From Burkholderiales bacterium (GTDB lineage: Bacteria > Pseudomonadota > Gammaproteobacteria > Burkholderiales > Casimicrobiaceae), in NCBI GenBank assembly GCA_025981645.1, contig JAICXH010000001.1, positions 14,747-78,746 of the forward strand: a DNA stretch of 64,000 nt, read 5' to 3'. Below the pieces are notes generated by a model. The model was not told the DNA's origin. It did no database searches and saw nothing but the letters and a program-made list of their open reading frames with translations. Below, piece after piece: positions 36,542-47,101 of the stretch. Within the stretch, counting starts at the first letter, position 1. Each line of letters starts with the position of its first letter. Made by a program: the position numbers and the translations under genes.

Positions 36542-39506
36542 TGGCGAGTGCTCGTTCGAGCACGCGAATCGCGTGCGTCGCGGTCACCGGGCTCGTACTG
36601 CGCGTGCCGTCGGCGATCTGGTGCCGGCAGCTCGTGCCCTGCGCGACGATGATGGTGCCCGCATCCGCCGCGCGCACCGCCGGCAGCAGCGCGAGCTCGG
36701 CCATCCGCATCGATACGTCGTAGTGCGATGCGGTGTAGCCGAACGCCCCCGCCATGCCGCAGCAGCTCGCCTCGATCGCGGCGACGTCGAGACCCGGTAT
36801 CAGCCGCATCATGGCGAGCGTCGCGTCGGCGGCGCCGAGCGCCTTCTGGTGGCAGTGCGTGTGGACGAGCGCGCGCGTGCCTTCCGGCCGGACGAGCGCG
36901 AGATGCAGACGCCCGGCGCGCTGCTCGCGAACGAGGAACTCCTCGACGAGCAGCACGTTCAACGCCGCGCGCAGGGACTCCGCCGGCAGGCGCATCGCCG
37001 CGTATTCGTCGCGCAGCGTCAGCACGCACGACGGCTCGAGTCCGACGACCGGCACGCCGGCATCGGCCCACGGGGTGAGGGCGGTGCATAGGCGCAGCGC
37101 CTCGGCGCGGGCCTCGTCGATCCGACCGTGGGCGAGCCAGGTTCGCCCGCAGCAGAGCGGTCGCGCGGGTTCGGCGTCGTCGAGGCGCGGCAGCAGGACG
37201 GCGGGCGGATAGCCCGCGGCCTGCAGGACTGCCACCGCGGCGCGCGCATTCTCGGGCTCGAAGCGGTCGGTGAAGCAATCGGCGAAGAGCACCGCGCGCA
37301 CCCCCGTGCCAGCGTCGGCAGGCCGATCGCGCAGGAAGGTGTCGAGCCGCCAGCGCGGGAGCGAGCGGTGGCGCGAGATGCCGATTGCCTGCTCGACCAC
37401 GCGGGCGAGGCCGGGCACGCGATCGCGCAGGTTGAAGAGCGCCGGGACGCGCGACGCGAGCGGCGCCCAGCGCGGGAGCGACGCGATCAGCCGGTCGCGC
37501 AGCGGAGCTGGGTGGACCGCGTGCCAGTGGTGCAGGAACTCGATCTTCATCCGCGCCATGTCGACTCCGGTCGGGCACTCGCGGCGGCAACCCTTGCAGC
37601 CGACGCAAAGCTCGAGCGCGTCGTGCACCTCGGCGGATGCGAGGCCTCCGTCGAAGCGCCCGGCGAGCGCATGGCGCAGCGTGTTCGCGCGCCCGCGCGT
37701 CACGTGCTTCTCATCCTTCGTCGCGCGGTAGCTCGGGCACATCGCGCCGGCGTCGAACTTGCGACAGTGGCCGTTGTTGTTGCACATCTCGATCGCCTTC
37801 GCGTAGCCGCGCGCAGGGTCGCCGCCGCTGCCGGGCGGGCCGATGCGGCCGGTCGCCGGATCGCTCGTCACGTTCCATGCCGACCAGTCGAGCGCGGTCG
37901 CGACCGGCAGCGTGCGATGGCCCGGCGGGAAGCGGAACAGCGTCGCGTCGTCCATCCTAGTCGCGTGCACGATCTTGCCCGGGTTCAGCATGCCGGCAGG
38001 ATCGAACAGCGCCTTGATCTCCTCGAACGCGCGGGTCAGCCGCGGGCCGAATTGCCACGCGACCCATTCGCTGCGCACGAGTCCGTCGCCGTGCTCGCCC
38101 GAGAATGCGCCCTTGAACTTGCGCACGAGGGCGGCCGCCTCCTCGGCGATCGCGCGCATCTTCGCGGCGCCGTCGGTGCGCATGTCGAGGATCGGCCGCA
38201 CGTGCAGCGTGCCGACCGACGCGTGCGCGTACCAGGTGCCACGCGTACCGTGATGCGCGAAGATCGCGGTGAGACGGTCGACGTACTCGGCGAGGTGATC
38301 GAGCGGCACCGCACAATCCTCGATGAACGACACGGGCTTGGCGTCGCCCTTTGCGCTCATCATGATGTTGAGGCCGGCCTTGCGCACTTCCCACAGTGCC
38401 CGCTGGCGCGCCGGGTCGACGAGCCTGACGAGCCGCGCCGGCAACGCGAGATCACCAACCACCGATTCGAGGTCGTCGAGGCGGCTTCGCGTGGACGCGG
38501 CGTCTTCGGCGATGAACTCGACGAGGAGGATCGCTTGGGGCGAGCCGGCGATCGCACTTGCCATCACGTCGCCGAACGCAGGGTTGGCGAGCGCGAGGTC
38601 GATCATCGTACGGTCGACGAGCTCGACCGCAGAGGGTGACAGTGCGACGAGGTGGCGCGTCGCGTCCATCGCGTCGTGAAGCGTGCCGAAGCTCAGCACG
38701 CCGAGCGTCCGATGGGCGGGGAGCGGCGCGAGCTTCAGCGTGAGGCTTCGCGTCCACGCGAGCGTACCCTCGCTGCCGACCAGGAGCTGCGCGTAGTTGA
38801 CGCTGCCGTCGCCGGTGTACGGGCGCACGCTCTGCGGGTTGAAGACATCGGCGTTGTAGCCGCCGACCCGCCGCAGCATCTTCGGCACGACGCGCGCGAT
38901 CTCGTCCTTCTCGCGCGCACCGATCGCATCGAGGCCGTCGACGAGCGCCTGCACGCGCGGCGGCGCGCCGCGCATCGTCTCCGCGGGACCGAAGCGCGCC
39001 TCGGTCCCGTCGGCGAGCCGAGCGTCGATGGCGAGCACGTTGTGAACCATGTTGCCGTAGGCGAGCGAGCGCGACCCGCAGGAGTTGTTGCCGGCCATGC
39101 CGCCCAGCGTCGCCTGCGCCGAGGTGCTGACGTCGACCGGGAACCACAGGCCGTGCGGCTTCAGCTGCGCGTTGAGCGCGTCGAGCACGACGCCGGGCTC
39201 GACGGTGACGGTGCCGCCTTCGGGATCGAGATCCAGCACTCGGTCGAGCCGCTTGCTGTGGTCGACGACGAGCGCGTCGCCGACCGTCTGCCCGCACTGC
39301 GAGCTCCCCGCGCCGCGCGCGAGGACGGGCACGTGAAGCTCGCGGCAAACGTCGAATGCTGCGCGCACGTCGTCGTCCGACGTCGGCACGAGCACGCCTC
39401 GCGGCACGATCTCGTAGATCGACGCGTCGGTCGCATAGCGCGCCCGTGACGCGGCATCGAACATCACTTCCCCGCGCACGGCTTGCGCGAGGCGCTCCTC
39501 GAGCAT
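36534..39506 (-). CDS. FAD-linked oxidase / 4Fe-4S / CCG-domain oxidoreductase (GlcD-GlcF fusion, YdiJ-like 2-hydroxyacid dehydrogenase)
   Basis: YATDASIY, GSEGTL, SGEHGDG, CNNNGHC, CVGCKGCRRECP, CCG motifs. Confidence 0.92.
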   Translation of the reverse strand: MLEERLAQAVRGEVMFDAASRARYATDASIYEIVPRGVLVPTSDDDVRAAFDVCRELHVPVLARGAGSSQCGQTVGDALVVDHSKRLDRVLDLDPEGGTVTVEPGVVLDALNAQLKPHGLWFPVDVSTSAQATLGGMAGNNSCGSRSLAYGNMVHNVLAIDARLADGTEARFGPAETMRGAPPRVQALVDGLDAIGAREKDEIARVVPKMLRRVGGYNADVFNPQSVRPYTGDGSVNYAQLLVGSEGTLAWTRSLTLKLAPLPAHRTLGVLSFGTLHDAMDATRHLVALSPSAVELVDRTMIDLALANPAFGDVMASAIAGSPQAILLVEFIAEDAASTRSRLDDLESVVGDLALPARLVRLVDPARQRALWEVRKAGLNIMMSAKGDAKPVSFIEDCAVPLDHLAEYVDRLTAIFAHHGTRGTWYAHASVGTLHVRPILDMRTDGAAKMRAIAEEAAALVRKFKGAFSGEHGDGLVRSEWVAWQFGPRLTRAFEEIKALFDPAGMLNPGKIVHATRMDDATLFRFPPGHRTLPVATALDWSAWNVTSDPATGRIGPPGSGGDPARGYAKAIEMCNNNGHCRKFDAGAMCPSYRATKDEKHVTRGRANTLRHALAGRFDGGLASAEVHDALELCVGCKGCRRECPTGVDMARMKIEFLHHWHAVHPAPLRDRLIASLPRWAPLASRVPALFNLRDRVPGLARVVEQAIGISRHRSLPRWRLDTFLRDRPADAGTGVRAVLFADCFTDRFEPENARAAVAVLQAAGYPPAVLLPRLDDAEPARPLCCGRTWLAHGRIDEARAEALRLCTALTPWADAGVPVVGLEPSCVLTLRDEYAAMRLPAESLRAALNVLLVEEFLVREQRAGRLHLALVRPEGTRALVHTHCHQKALGAADATLAMMRLIPGLDVAAIEASCCGMAGAFGYTASHYDVSMRMAELALLPAVRAADAGTIIVAQGTSCRHQIADGTRSTSPVTATHAIRVLERALASG

Positions 39507-39714
39507 CGGTGACTCTCCGATCGATGGGTCGCGCCGATTATAGGGAGGACCGCGCCGCGGCCGCGGCGAGACCGCATCCCGGGGCTCCGGATCCGATTGG
39601 TGTTGCAGCGCACGCTCTTGTACCATCCACCGCCAGAGCATCCACGCGAAGCGTGATCCCGAAGGGGTGGGAGTCACCCGCGAGCGGGCGCCGATCGACC
39701 AGGGAGGAAATGCG

Positions 39715-40713
39715 ATGAAACGCTCCGTCCGCCGTCCAGGCCGCCTGCTCTTCGCGGTCTTCGCTGCTGCACTCGCGCTCGGTGCCGCGCCGCTTCCGGC
39801 AAGCGCCCAGCTCGAGATCAAGTTCGGCCACGTCGGCAACCCCGGCTCGCTGTTCGCGAAAAGCGCCGAGGAGTTCGCGCGCCGCGCCAACGCTGCGCTT
39901 GCCGGCAAGGCGAAGGTCGTCGTCTACGGCTCGAGCCAGCTCGGCGGCGACAAGGAGATGCTGCAGAAGCTGAAGCTCGGCACGCTCGACATGGCACTGC
40001 CGTCGACGGTGCTGAGCTCGGAGGTCGACCTACTCGGCTTCTTCGAGATGCCCTACATCGTCAAGGACCGTGCGGAGATGCACCGGATCGAGAAGGAGAT
40101 CTTCTGGCCGTCGATGGAGCCGGCGATCGAGAAGAAGGGCCTCGAAGTCCTCGCCGTGTGGGAGAACGGTTTCCGGCAGATCACCAACAACAAGCGTCCG
40201 ATCCGCGTGCCGGCCGATCTGCAGGGCATCAAGCTGCGCGTCCCCGAAGGGAAGTGGCGCGTCAGGATGTTCGAGGCGTACGGCGCGAACCCGAGCCCGA
40301 TGAAATTCTCCGAGCTGTTCACCGCGCTGCAGACCGGCGTCATGGACGGTGAGGAGAACCCGCTGACGCAGATCTGGTCGGCCAAGCTGCAGGAGGTGCA
40401 GAAATACCTGTCGATGTCGAGCCACGTCTACACGCCGGCTTATGTCACTGTCGGCATCGCGCACTGGAAGACACTGCCTCCCGACGTCAGGAAGATCCTC
40501 GAGGACACCGCGAAGGGCACGCAGGCGTTCGTCTATCAGACTGCCGAGCACGACGAGGCCGAGCTTCTCGGCAAGCTGAAGGCCGCCGGCATGCAGGTCA
40601 ACGACGTCGACAAGGAGGCGTTCGTCAAGGCGAGCCAGCCGATTTACGCCGAGTTCGAGAAGGACGTGCCAGGCGCGAAAGCGCTGATCGACCGCGCCGC
40701 CACGCTGCGCTGA
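39715..40713 (+). CDS. dctP: TRAP transporter substrate-binding protein
   Basis: ENGFRQIT, DLQGIKLRVP, ALQTGVMDGEENP. SD GGAGG. Confidence 0.92.
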   Translation: MKRSVRRPGRLLFAVFAAALALGAAPLPASAQLEIKFGHVGNPGSLFAKSAEEFARRANAALAGKAKVVVYGSSQLGGDKEMLQKLKLGTLDMALPSTVLSSEVDLLGFFEMPYIVKDRAEMHRIEKEIFWPSMEPAIEKKGLEVLAVWENGFRQITNNKRPIRVPADLQGIKLRVPEGKWRVRMFEAYGANPSPMKFSELFTALQTGVMDGEENPLTQIWSAKLQEVQKYLSMSSHVYTPAYVTVGIAHWKTLPPDVRKILEDTAKGTQAFVYQTAEHDEAELLGKLKAAGMQVNDVDKEAFVKASQPIYAEFEKDVPGAKALIDRAATLR

Positions 40714-41279
40714 TGACGAGCGCCGCGGAGCCGCGGGCAACAGGCGCGCCAGCTGCGGGCGCGACTGTGCTCGCGGCGTTCCGCGCGCGGTACGGACGAG
40801 TCCTCGAATGGATCGCCATCGTGCTGATGGCGGCCCTTTCGATCGAAGTGTCCGCGGGAGTCGTGTTCCGCTTCGCCGGTCACGCGCTGTCGTGGTACGA
40901 CGAAGTCGCCTCGGTGCTCCTCGCCTGGCTCACGTTCTACGGTGCGGCGCTCGGCTCGGTGAGGCGCGCGCACATCGGCTGTCCCGAACTGGTCGATGCG
41001 ATGCCGTGGCGCTGGCAGCGCCGCACGCGCATCGTCGCGCAGCTCCTCGTCATCGGCTTCTTCGTGCTGCTCGGCGTGATCGGCGCGCATATCCTGCCGG
41101 TGCTCGCCACCGACGACATGGTGAGCCTGCCGCAGGTGCCGATGAGCGTCGTGCAATCGGTGATCCCGATCTCGTCGGTGCTGATCGTGGTCGCCGAAGC
41201 GCTGCGCCTCGTCGAGCTCGTCCGCGCAACGGCGCCCGAGGCGGCGCCTGCGGCGGTGCTGGGCGACGCGACGCAATAG
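40713..41279 (+). CDS. dctQ: TRAP transporter small permease
   Basis: Four TM segments, WYDEVA, WLTFYGA, AHI. Confidence 0.88.
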   Translation: MTSAAEPRATGAPAAGATVLAAFRARYGRVLEWIAIVLMAALSIEVSAGVVFRFAGHALSWYDEVASVLLAWLTFYGAALGSVRRAHIGCPELVDAMPWRWQRRTRIVAQLLVIGFFVLLGVIGAHILPVLATDDMVSLPQVPMSVVQSVIPISSVLIVVAEALRLVELVRATAPEAAPAAVLGDATQ

Positions 41280-41294
41280 CGGCCGGGAACCGCG

Positions 41295-42581
41295 ATGAGC
41301 TCGATACTGACGGTGTTCGGCTGCGTGCTGGCGCTGGTGATCATCGACGTGCCGATCGCGATCGCGCTCGGCATCGTCGCCGTCGTTGCGATGGTGGTGA
41401 GCCACGGATTTTCCGTGCTACCCAACGTCGCGCTGGTCACCTACAACGGCGCGACCAATTTTCCGTTGCTCGCGATTCCGCTCTTCATCCTCGCCGGCGC
41501 GATCATGAATGCGTCGGGCATCTCGCGGCGGCTGATCGCGTTCGCCTCGGCGCTGTTCGGCTGGATTCGCGGCGGCCTTGCGCAGGTGTCGATCGGCACG
41601 TCGCTGTTCTTCGCCGAGATCTCGGGCTCGGCGGTTGCCGACGTCGCGGCGCTGGGCTCGATCCTGATTCCGGGCATGAAGTCGAAGGGCTACCCGGCAC
41701 CGCTCGCCGCGGCTGTCATGTCGTCGGCAGCGACCCTTGCCGTCATCATCCCGCCGTCGATCCCGATGATCCTCTACGCGGTCATGGCGGAGACCTCGGT
41801 GGTGCAGCTTTTCGTCGCCGGCATCGTCCCCGGCATCCTCGGCGGGCTCGGGCTGATGGGTGTCGCCCACATCTATGCGCGCCGCTACAACCTGCCGCGC
41901 GAGGAGGCGTTCGCGTGGTCGCGCGTGCGCGCAACCGGCCGCGACGCAATCTGGGCGTTCCTGCTGCCGATCATCATTCTCGGTGGCATCTTCGGCGGGG
42001 TGGTAACGGCGACCGAGGGTGCGGCGCTCGCCGTCGTCGCGGCGCTCTTCGTGGGGCTCGTCATCTATCGCGAGCTCGACGCTGCCGAGTTGCGGCGCGC
42101 AATCGTCGACGGTGCCGTGCAGACCGCGGTCGTGATGCTGCTCGTCGCGACGAGCGAGCTCCTCGGCACCTACCTGACCGAGGTGCAGGCGCCGCAGCAT
42201 CTCGCCCAGTCTGTGTCGGCGCTGACGCACGACAAGTGGCTGGTGCTCGCGATGCTGAACGTGCTGTTCCTGCTGCTCGGCATGTTCCTGCACTCGGCCG
42301 CAGCGATCATTCTCGTGGTACCGGTGGTGATGCCGCTGGTGCGCGCGGTCGGCATCGACCCGGTGCACTTCGGCCTCATCGTTACCGTCAACCTCGGCAT
42401 CGGCCAGCAGACGCCGCCGGTGGCGAGCGTACTGATGGTTGCGAGCTCGATCGCCAAGGCATCGATCTGGGCGGTGACGCGAGTCAACCTCGGCTTCATC
42501 GCCGTCCTGGTCACGGTGCTCCTTCTCGTTACCTACGTCCCGGTCACGGGGATGGGACTCGTGCACCTCTTCTACCGCTGA
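41295..42581 (+). CDS. dctM: TRAP transporter large permease
   Basis: LLAIPLFILAG, ISGSAVAD, IIPPSIP, TPPVA. Confidence 0.93.
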   Translation: MSSILTVFGCVLALVIIDVPIAIALGIVAVVAMVVSHGFSVLPNVALVTYNGATNFPLLAIPLFILAGAIMNASGISRRLIAFASALFGWIRGGLAQVSIGTSLFFAEISGSAVADVAALGSILIPGMKSKGYPAPLAAAVMSSAATLAVIIPPSIPMILYAVMAETSVVQLFVAGIVPGILGGLGLMGVAHIYARRYNLPREEAFAWSRVRATGRDAIWAFLLPIIILGGIFGGVVTATEGAALAVVAALFVGLVIYRELDAAELRRAIVDGAVQTAVVMLLVATSELLGTYLTEVQAPQHLAQSVSALTHDKWLVLAMLNVLFLLLGMFLHSAAAIILVVPVVMPLVRAVGIDPVHFGLIVTVNLGIGQQTPPVASVLMVASSIAKASIWAVTRVNLGFIAVLVTVLLLVTYVPVTGMGLVHLFYR

Positions 42582-43831
42582 TGATCGGCGAACACGCGCC
42601 GGTGGGGTCGCCTGGCGGTCCGCTCGCCGGCATGCACGTGCTCGAGTTGGCACAGATCATGGCCGGTCCGACCTGCGGGATGCTGCTCGCCGACATGGGG
42701 GCCGACGTCGTCAAGGTCGAGAAGCTCCCCGGTGGCGACGACGTTCGCGACTACCGCGAGCCGAGGGTCCACGGCGAGTCGGCGCCGTTCATGATGCTGA
42801 ACCGCAACAAGCGCGGAATCGCCATCGACCTCAAGCGCGCCGAAGGGCGCGAAGTGCTGTTGCGGATGGTCCGCCGCGCCGACGTGGTGACCGAGAACTT
42901 CCGCAGGGGAACACTCGAGCGCCTCGGGCTCGGCTACGAAACGCTCGCTGCGGTGAATCCGGCACTGGTGTTCTGCACGATCTCCGGCTACGGGCGCACC
43001 GGTCCCGACGCTGCGCGCGGGGGCTTCGACCTGATCGCGCAGGGCTTCGCCGGCCTGATGTCGATTACCGGCGAGCCCGGCGGGCCTCCGGTCAAGAACG
43101 GCAACCCGGTCGCCGACATCAACGCCGGGATCCTCGCCGCGCTCGGCATCGTCGCCGCGTGGGCGCATCGGCTGCGCACCGGGCAAGGGCAGGTGGTCGA
43201 CACTTCGCTTGTCGAGGCTGCGCTGCAGCAGACCTACTGGCAGGCGGCGATCCACTTCGCGACCGGCACATCCCCCGGTCCTGCCGGCTCGGCCCACGTG
43301 CTGACCGCACCGTACCAGGCGTTCGCGGCGTCCGACGGCTGGATCAACGTCGGTGGTGCGAACCAGGCCAACTGGGAACGCATTGCCGGCGTGCTCGGGC
43401 ACCCGGAGTGGCGAAGCGATCCGCGCTTTGCGACCAACTCGGCGCGGATGGCGAACCGTGCTGCGCTGGTCGAGGCGATGAGCGAGGTGCTGGCGACGCG
43501 AAGCCGCGCCGATTGGCTCGCGGCATTCGATGCGGCCGGCGTCCCCTCGGGCGCGGTGCACACGATCGGCGAAGCGCTCGTACACCCGCAGACCCGAGCC
43601 GTCGGCATGGTCGTCGATCTCGTGCATCCGCGAGCCGGCGCTACTCGTGCGCTTGGCTGCCCGATCCATTTCTCGAAGACGCCGACGTCGATCGCGCGCG
43701 CGGCGCCGCTACTCGGCGAACACACGCGTGCCGTCCTGCGCGAACACGACTACGCCGACGCCGAGATCGATGCGCTCGAAGCCGCGGGTGTGATCGCATC
43801 GAGCGGACCGCTGCACGACGCCCACGAATGA
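42581..43831 (+). CDS. CaiB/BaiF family (class III) CoA transferase
   Basis: AGPTCGMLLADMGADVVKVE, NRNKR, ENFRRG, ISGYG, APLLGEHT. Confidence 0.93.
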   Translation: MIGEHAPVGSPGGPLAGMHVLELAQIMAGPTCGMLLADMGADVVKVEKLPGGDDVRDYREPRVHGESAPFMMLNRNKRGIAIDLKRAEGREVLLRMVRRADVVTENFRRGTLERLGLGYETLAAVNPALVFCTISGYGRTGPDAARGGFDLIAQGFAGLMSITGEPGGPPVKNGNPVADINAGILAALGIVAAWAHRLRTGQGQVVDTSLVEAALQQTYWQAAIHFATGTSPGPAGSAHVLTAPYQAFAASDGWINVGGANQANWERIAGVLGHPEWRSDPRFATNSARMANRAALVEAMSEVLATRSRADWLAAFDAAGVPSGAVHTIGEALVHPQTRAVGMVVDLVHPRAGATRALGCPIHFSKTPTSIARAAPLLGEHTRAVLREHDYADAEIDALEAAGVIASSGPLHDAHE

Positions 43832-43832
43832 G

Positions 43833-45464
43833 GTGCCGGCCTTGAAGCTTTCCCGATCGCTCCTCGTCGCGACTATGCTGCCCTGTGCCGCAAACGCCGC
43901 GCACGTTGACCAGGTGCCGCCGGCGGCCGACGCACCGACCGTACAGCTTGCACGGGCCGTAGAGCTTGCCCCGGCGGTGCTGCTTGCGCCGACCGAGCAC
44001 GAGAGCACCGGATCGGTCGACGTCGGCGGCAGGCGGATCGATTACAAGGCGATTGCAGGTACGCTGGTCGTGCATCCGGAGAAGTGGAGCGACGTTCCGC
44101 AGGAGAAGGGCAGCAAGAACCCGACTGCCGTCGCGTCGATGTCCTACGTCGCCTATTTCGCCGTCGGTACGAAGACCGCCAGACGTCCGATCACGTTCTT
44201 CTACAACGGCGGCCCGGGATCGTCGACGATGTGGCTGCACATGGGTGCGTTCGGCCCGCGGCGCGTCGTGACGGGCGACGCGACCAGCGGCTCGACGCCC
44301 CCGTACACGATCGTCGACAACGGCGAGAGCCTTCTCGACGCGAGCGACCTCGTGTTCATCGACGCACCGGGAACGGGACTTGGGCGCATCGCCGGCAAGG
44401 ACGCCGAGAAGGCCTTCTACGGCGTCGACCAGGATGCGCACGCATTCGCGTCATTCATCACCCAGTTCGCGACGAAGTTCGGGCGCTGGCCGTCGCCCAA
44501 ATACCTGTTCGGCGAAAGCTACGGAACCTTCCGTTCGGCAGTGCTCGTCCACCTGCTGCAGCAGCGTGACGGCATGAGCTTCAATGGGGTGATCATGCTG
44601 TCGCAAATCCTCAGTTCCGCGCTGTCGATCGACGGCCCGGGATACAACCCCGGCGTCGACCTGCCGTACGCGCTCGCACTGCCGAGCTTCGCCGCCGCCG
44701 CGTGGTATCACCATCGGCTCCCCGGCACGCGATCCGACGAACTCGAGCCATTGCTGCGCGAAGTCGAGCGGTTCGCGATGACCGACTATGCCGCGGCGCT
44801 GGCGAAGGGGAGCGAGCTCGACGACCCGACGCGCGGCGCGATCGCTGCGACGCTGCATCGCTACACCGGGTTGCCTGAGGCCTACATCCTGAAGGCCAAC
44901 CTTCGCATCGACGGGGGCGAGTTCGAGCATGCGCTCCAGCAGGATGCCGATACGACGACCGGGCGATTCGACGCGCGTTTCGCGGGGCCCAGCATCGATC
45001 CGCTCGCGCAGCGCGCCGACTACGATCCGCAGGAGTCCGCGCTGCGGCCGGCCTATGTCGCGGCGCTCAACGACTACCTGCGTTCGGCACTCGGCTCCGC
45101 TGCGGGTGAGACCTACAAGACCGAGATCGACGTCGATCGAGACTGGGATTGGCGGCACAAGCCCCCGGGTGCGGATCAGCCCCTGTCGGGTTCCGTCAAC
45201 GTGATGCCGGACCTTGCCGCTGCAATGACCGCGAATCCGCGGCTCGCGATCATGGTCAACGGTGGCTGGTTCGACCTCGCGACGCCGTTCTACGAGGGCT
45301 GGTACGAGATGCACCACCTTCCGATCCGGCCGCCGCTCGCTGCCAACATCGAATATCGATACTACCCGGCCGGGCACATGGTGTACGTCAACCTGCCGTC
45401 ATTGAAGGCGCTGCACGACAACGTCGCGAGCTTCATCGGTCGCACTGCCGGCGTTTCCCCCTGA
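43833..45464 (+). CDS. S10 family serine carboxypeptidase
   Basis: NGGPGSS, GESYG, DLATP, AGHM. Confidence 0.92.
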   Translation: MPALKLSRSLLVATMLPCAANAAHVDQVPPAADAPTVQLARAVELAPAVLLAPTEHESTGSVDVGGRRIDYKAIAGTLVVHPEKWSDVPQEKGSKNPTAVASMSYVAYFAVGTKTARRPITFFYNGGPGSSTMWLHMGAFGPRRVVTGDATSGSTPPYTIVDNGESLLDASDLVFIDAPGTGLGRIAGKDAEKAFYGVDQDAHAFASFITQFATKFGRWPSPKYLFGESYGTFRSAVLVHLLQQRDGMSFNGVIMLSQILSSALSIDGPGYNPGVDLPYALALPSFAAAAWYHHRLPGTRSDELEPLLREVERFAMTDYAAALAKGSELDDPTRGAIAATLHRYTGLPEAYILKANLRIDGGEFEHALQQDADTTTGRFDARFAGPSIDPLAQRADYDPQESALRPAYVAALNDYLRSALGSAAGETYKTEIDVDRDWDWRHKPPGADQPLSGSVNVMPDLAAAMTANPRLAIMVNGGWFDLATPFYEGWYEMHHLPIRPPLAANIEYRYYPAGHMVYVNLPSLKALHDNVASFIGRTAGVSP

Positions 45465-45507
45465 TCGTACTGCCGTTGCGCGGACCGCTCGTCGCCGGCA
45501 GGCAGCG

Positions 45508-46923
45508 TCACGCGACGTGCCGCCGCCGCGCAAGGTCGCCGAGCTTCGCCTGTGCGTCGCGCAGCGCCGTGCGCAGGCCTTCCTCGACGACCGGATGGTA
45601 GAACGGCAGCCGCAGCACCTCGGCGATGGTGAGGTCGAGCTGCAGCGCCCACGCGAGCAGGTGGCCGAGATGCTCGGCGTCGGGGCCGAGCATCTCGGCG
45701 CCGAGGAGCGCTCCACTCGCCGGGTCGGCATAGACGTGCAGCCTGCCGCGATTGCGCTGCACCACGCGCGCGCGGCCCTGATTGTGGAACGAGACCTCGC
45801 CGGTGACGAACTCGCGACCGGCGAGCGCGGCATCGCCGCCGCCGACGATCGCGATCTGCGGGTCGGTGAAGACGATCGACAGCGCGGCGCGCCGCGCCCC
45901 GACGCGCACGTCCGGAGAGTGCGCCGCGTTGTCGCCGGCGATCCGTCCTTCGTCGGCCGCTTCGTGCAGCAGAGGAACGTCGTCGTTGGCGTCCCCCGCG
46001 ATGAACACGGGGGCGTCGCCGCATTGCAGCGTGTCGCGATCGAACAGCGGAATGCCGGCGGTATCGCGCACGAGCGTCGTGTGCTCGAGGCCGAGCCCTG
46101 CGACGTTCGGCCGCCGGCCGGTCGCCGCCAGCAGGAATTCGAAGCGCTCGCGGCGCGGGTTGCCGGCGGCATCCCTGTCGGTCACGATGACGTCGCCGCC
46201 TTCCGCTGACACTTCGACGTCCGCGCGCGTTGCGAGTGCGAATTCTGCTCCGAACACCCGCGTCGCTTCGTCGATCAGCGCCGGATCGGTGAGCGAGCCG
46301 ATGCTGCCGCTGCGGCCATACACCTTGATCCGCACGCCGAGGCGGTGCAGCGCCTGTCCAAGTTCGAGGCCGATGACTCCGGGACCGAACACGGCGACCG
46401 AGCGCGGCAGGTCGATCCACTCGAACACTTCTTCGTTGGTGACGAGGCGCGGCCCCAGCGCGCGCCAGGCTGGCGGGAACGATGGCGACGACCCGGTCGC
46501 GATGACGATCGCCCGCGCATCGACGCTGACCTCGGCACCGACGGCGAGCCGCGTGTCGGCGACGAAGCGCGCCGGCCCGGCGAGCTTGTCGCCAGCGGGC
46601 ATTGCGTCGACGCCTTCGAGCACGAAGCCGACAAAGCGATCGCGCTCACGGCGTAAGCGCTCCATCACCGCGCGCCCATCGACCGTGACGCGGCCGTCGA
46701 GGCGCAGCCCGAACGCGGGGAAGCGCTCGACCGCATGAGCGGCTTCCGCCGGGGCGATCAGGAGCTTGCTCGGCATGCAGCCGACGCGCGCGCAGGTCGT
46801 ACCGTGTAGGCCGGCTTCGATCAGGAGCGCCTTGCGGCCGACGGCCCGCGCCGCACGATAGGCGGCGAGGCCGGCGGTGCCGGCACCGATGATGGCGACG
46901 TCGGTCGTGAGAGCAGGCGGCAT
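45508..46923 (-). CDS. dihydrolipoyl dehydrogenase-like flavoprotein disulfide reductase (orphan)
   Basis: IGAGTAG, TTCARVGCMPSK, YHPVVEEG. Confidence 0.9.
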   Translation of the reverse strand: MPPALTTDVAIIGAGTAGLAAYRAARAVGRKALLIEAGLHGTTCARVGCMPSKLLIAPAEAAHAVERFPAFGLRLDGRVTVDGRAVMERLRRERDRFVGFVLEGVDAMPAGDKLAGPARFVADTRLAVGAEVSVDARAIVIATGSSPSFPPAWRALGPRLVTNEEVFEWIDLPRSVAVFGPGVIGLELGQALHRLGVRIKVYGRSGSIGSLTDPALIDEATRVFGAEFALATRADVEVSAEGGDVIVTDRDAAGNPRRERFEFLLAATGRRPNVAGLGLEHTTLVRDTAGIPLFDRDTLQCGDAPVFIAGDANDDVPLLHEAADEGRIAGDNAAHSPDVRVGARRAALSIVFTDPQIAIVGGGDAALAGREFVTGEVSFHNQGRARVVQRNRGRLHVYADPASGALLGAEMLGPDAEHLGHLLAWALQLDLTIAEVLRLPFYHPVVEEGLRTALRDAQAKLGDLARRRHVA

Positions 46924-47101
46924 GGGTGTGCATCGCTGCGGCCCGGCGGGGCGGTCCGCACGAGCGTTCCAGAATACCCCATCCAGATTTTGCGGCAGCG
47001 CCGCTCGGCGAGCCCGGTCCGCGATTTGCTTGGGTCGATCCAACAGGGCTGGCGAGCGCGTGTCGCGCTGGTTGGCGCCCTTCGATGCCAAGGAGAGCGC
47101 G

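Noticed and set aside
40808-43831. Apparent 1007-aa fusion ORF ending in the CoA transferase (similar cases at 58142..60160, 59455..61185, 15921..17993)
   Set aside because: The N-terminal parts are off-frame overlaps of upstream genes. The real starts lie at the stop/start junctions.
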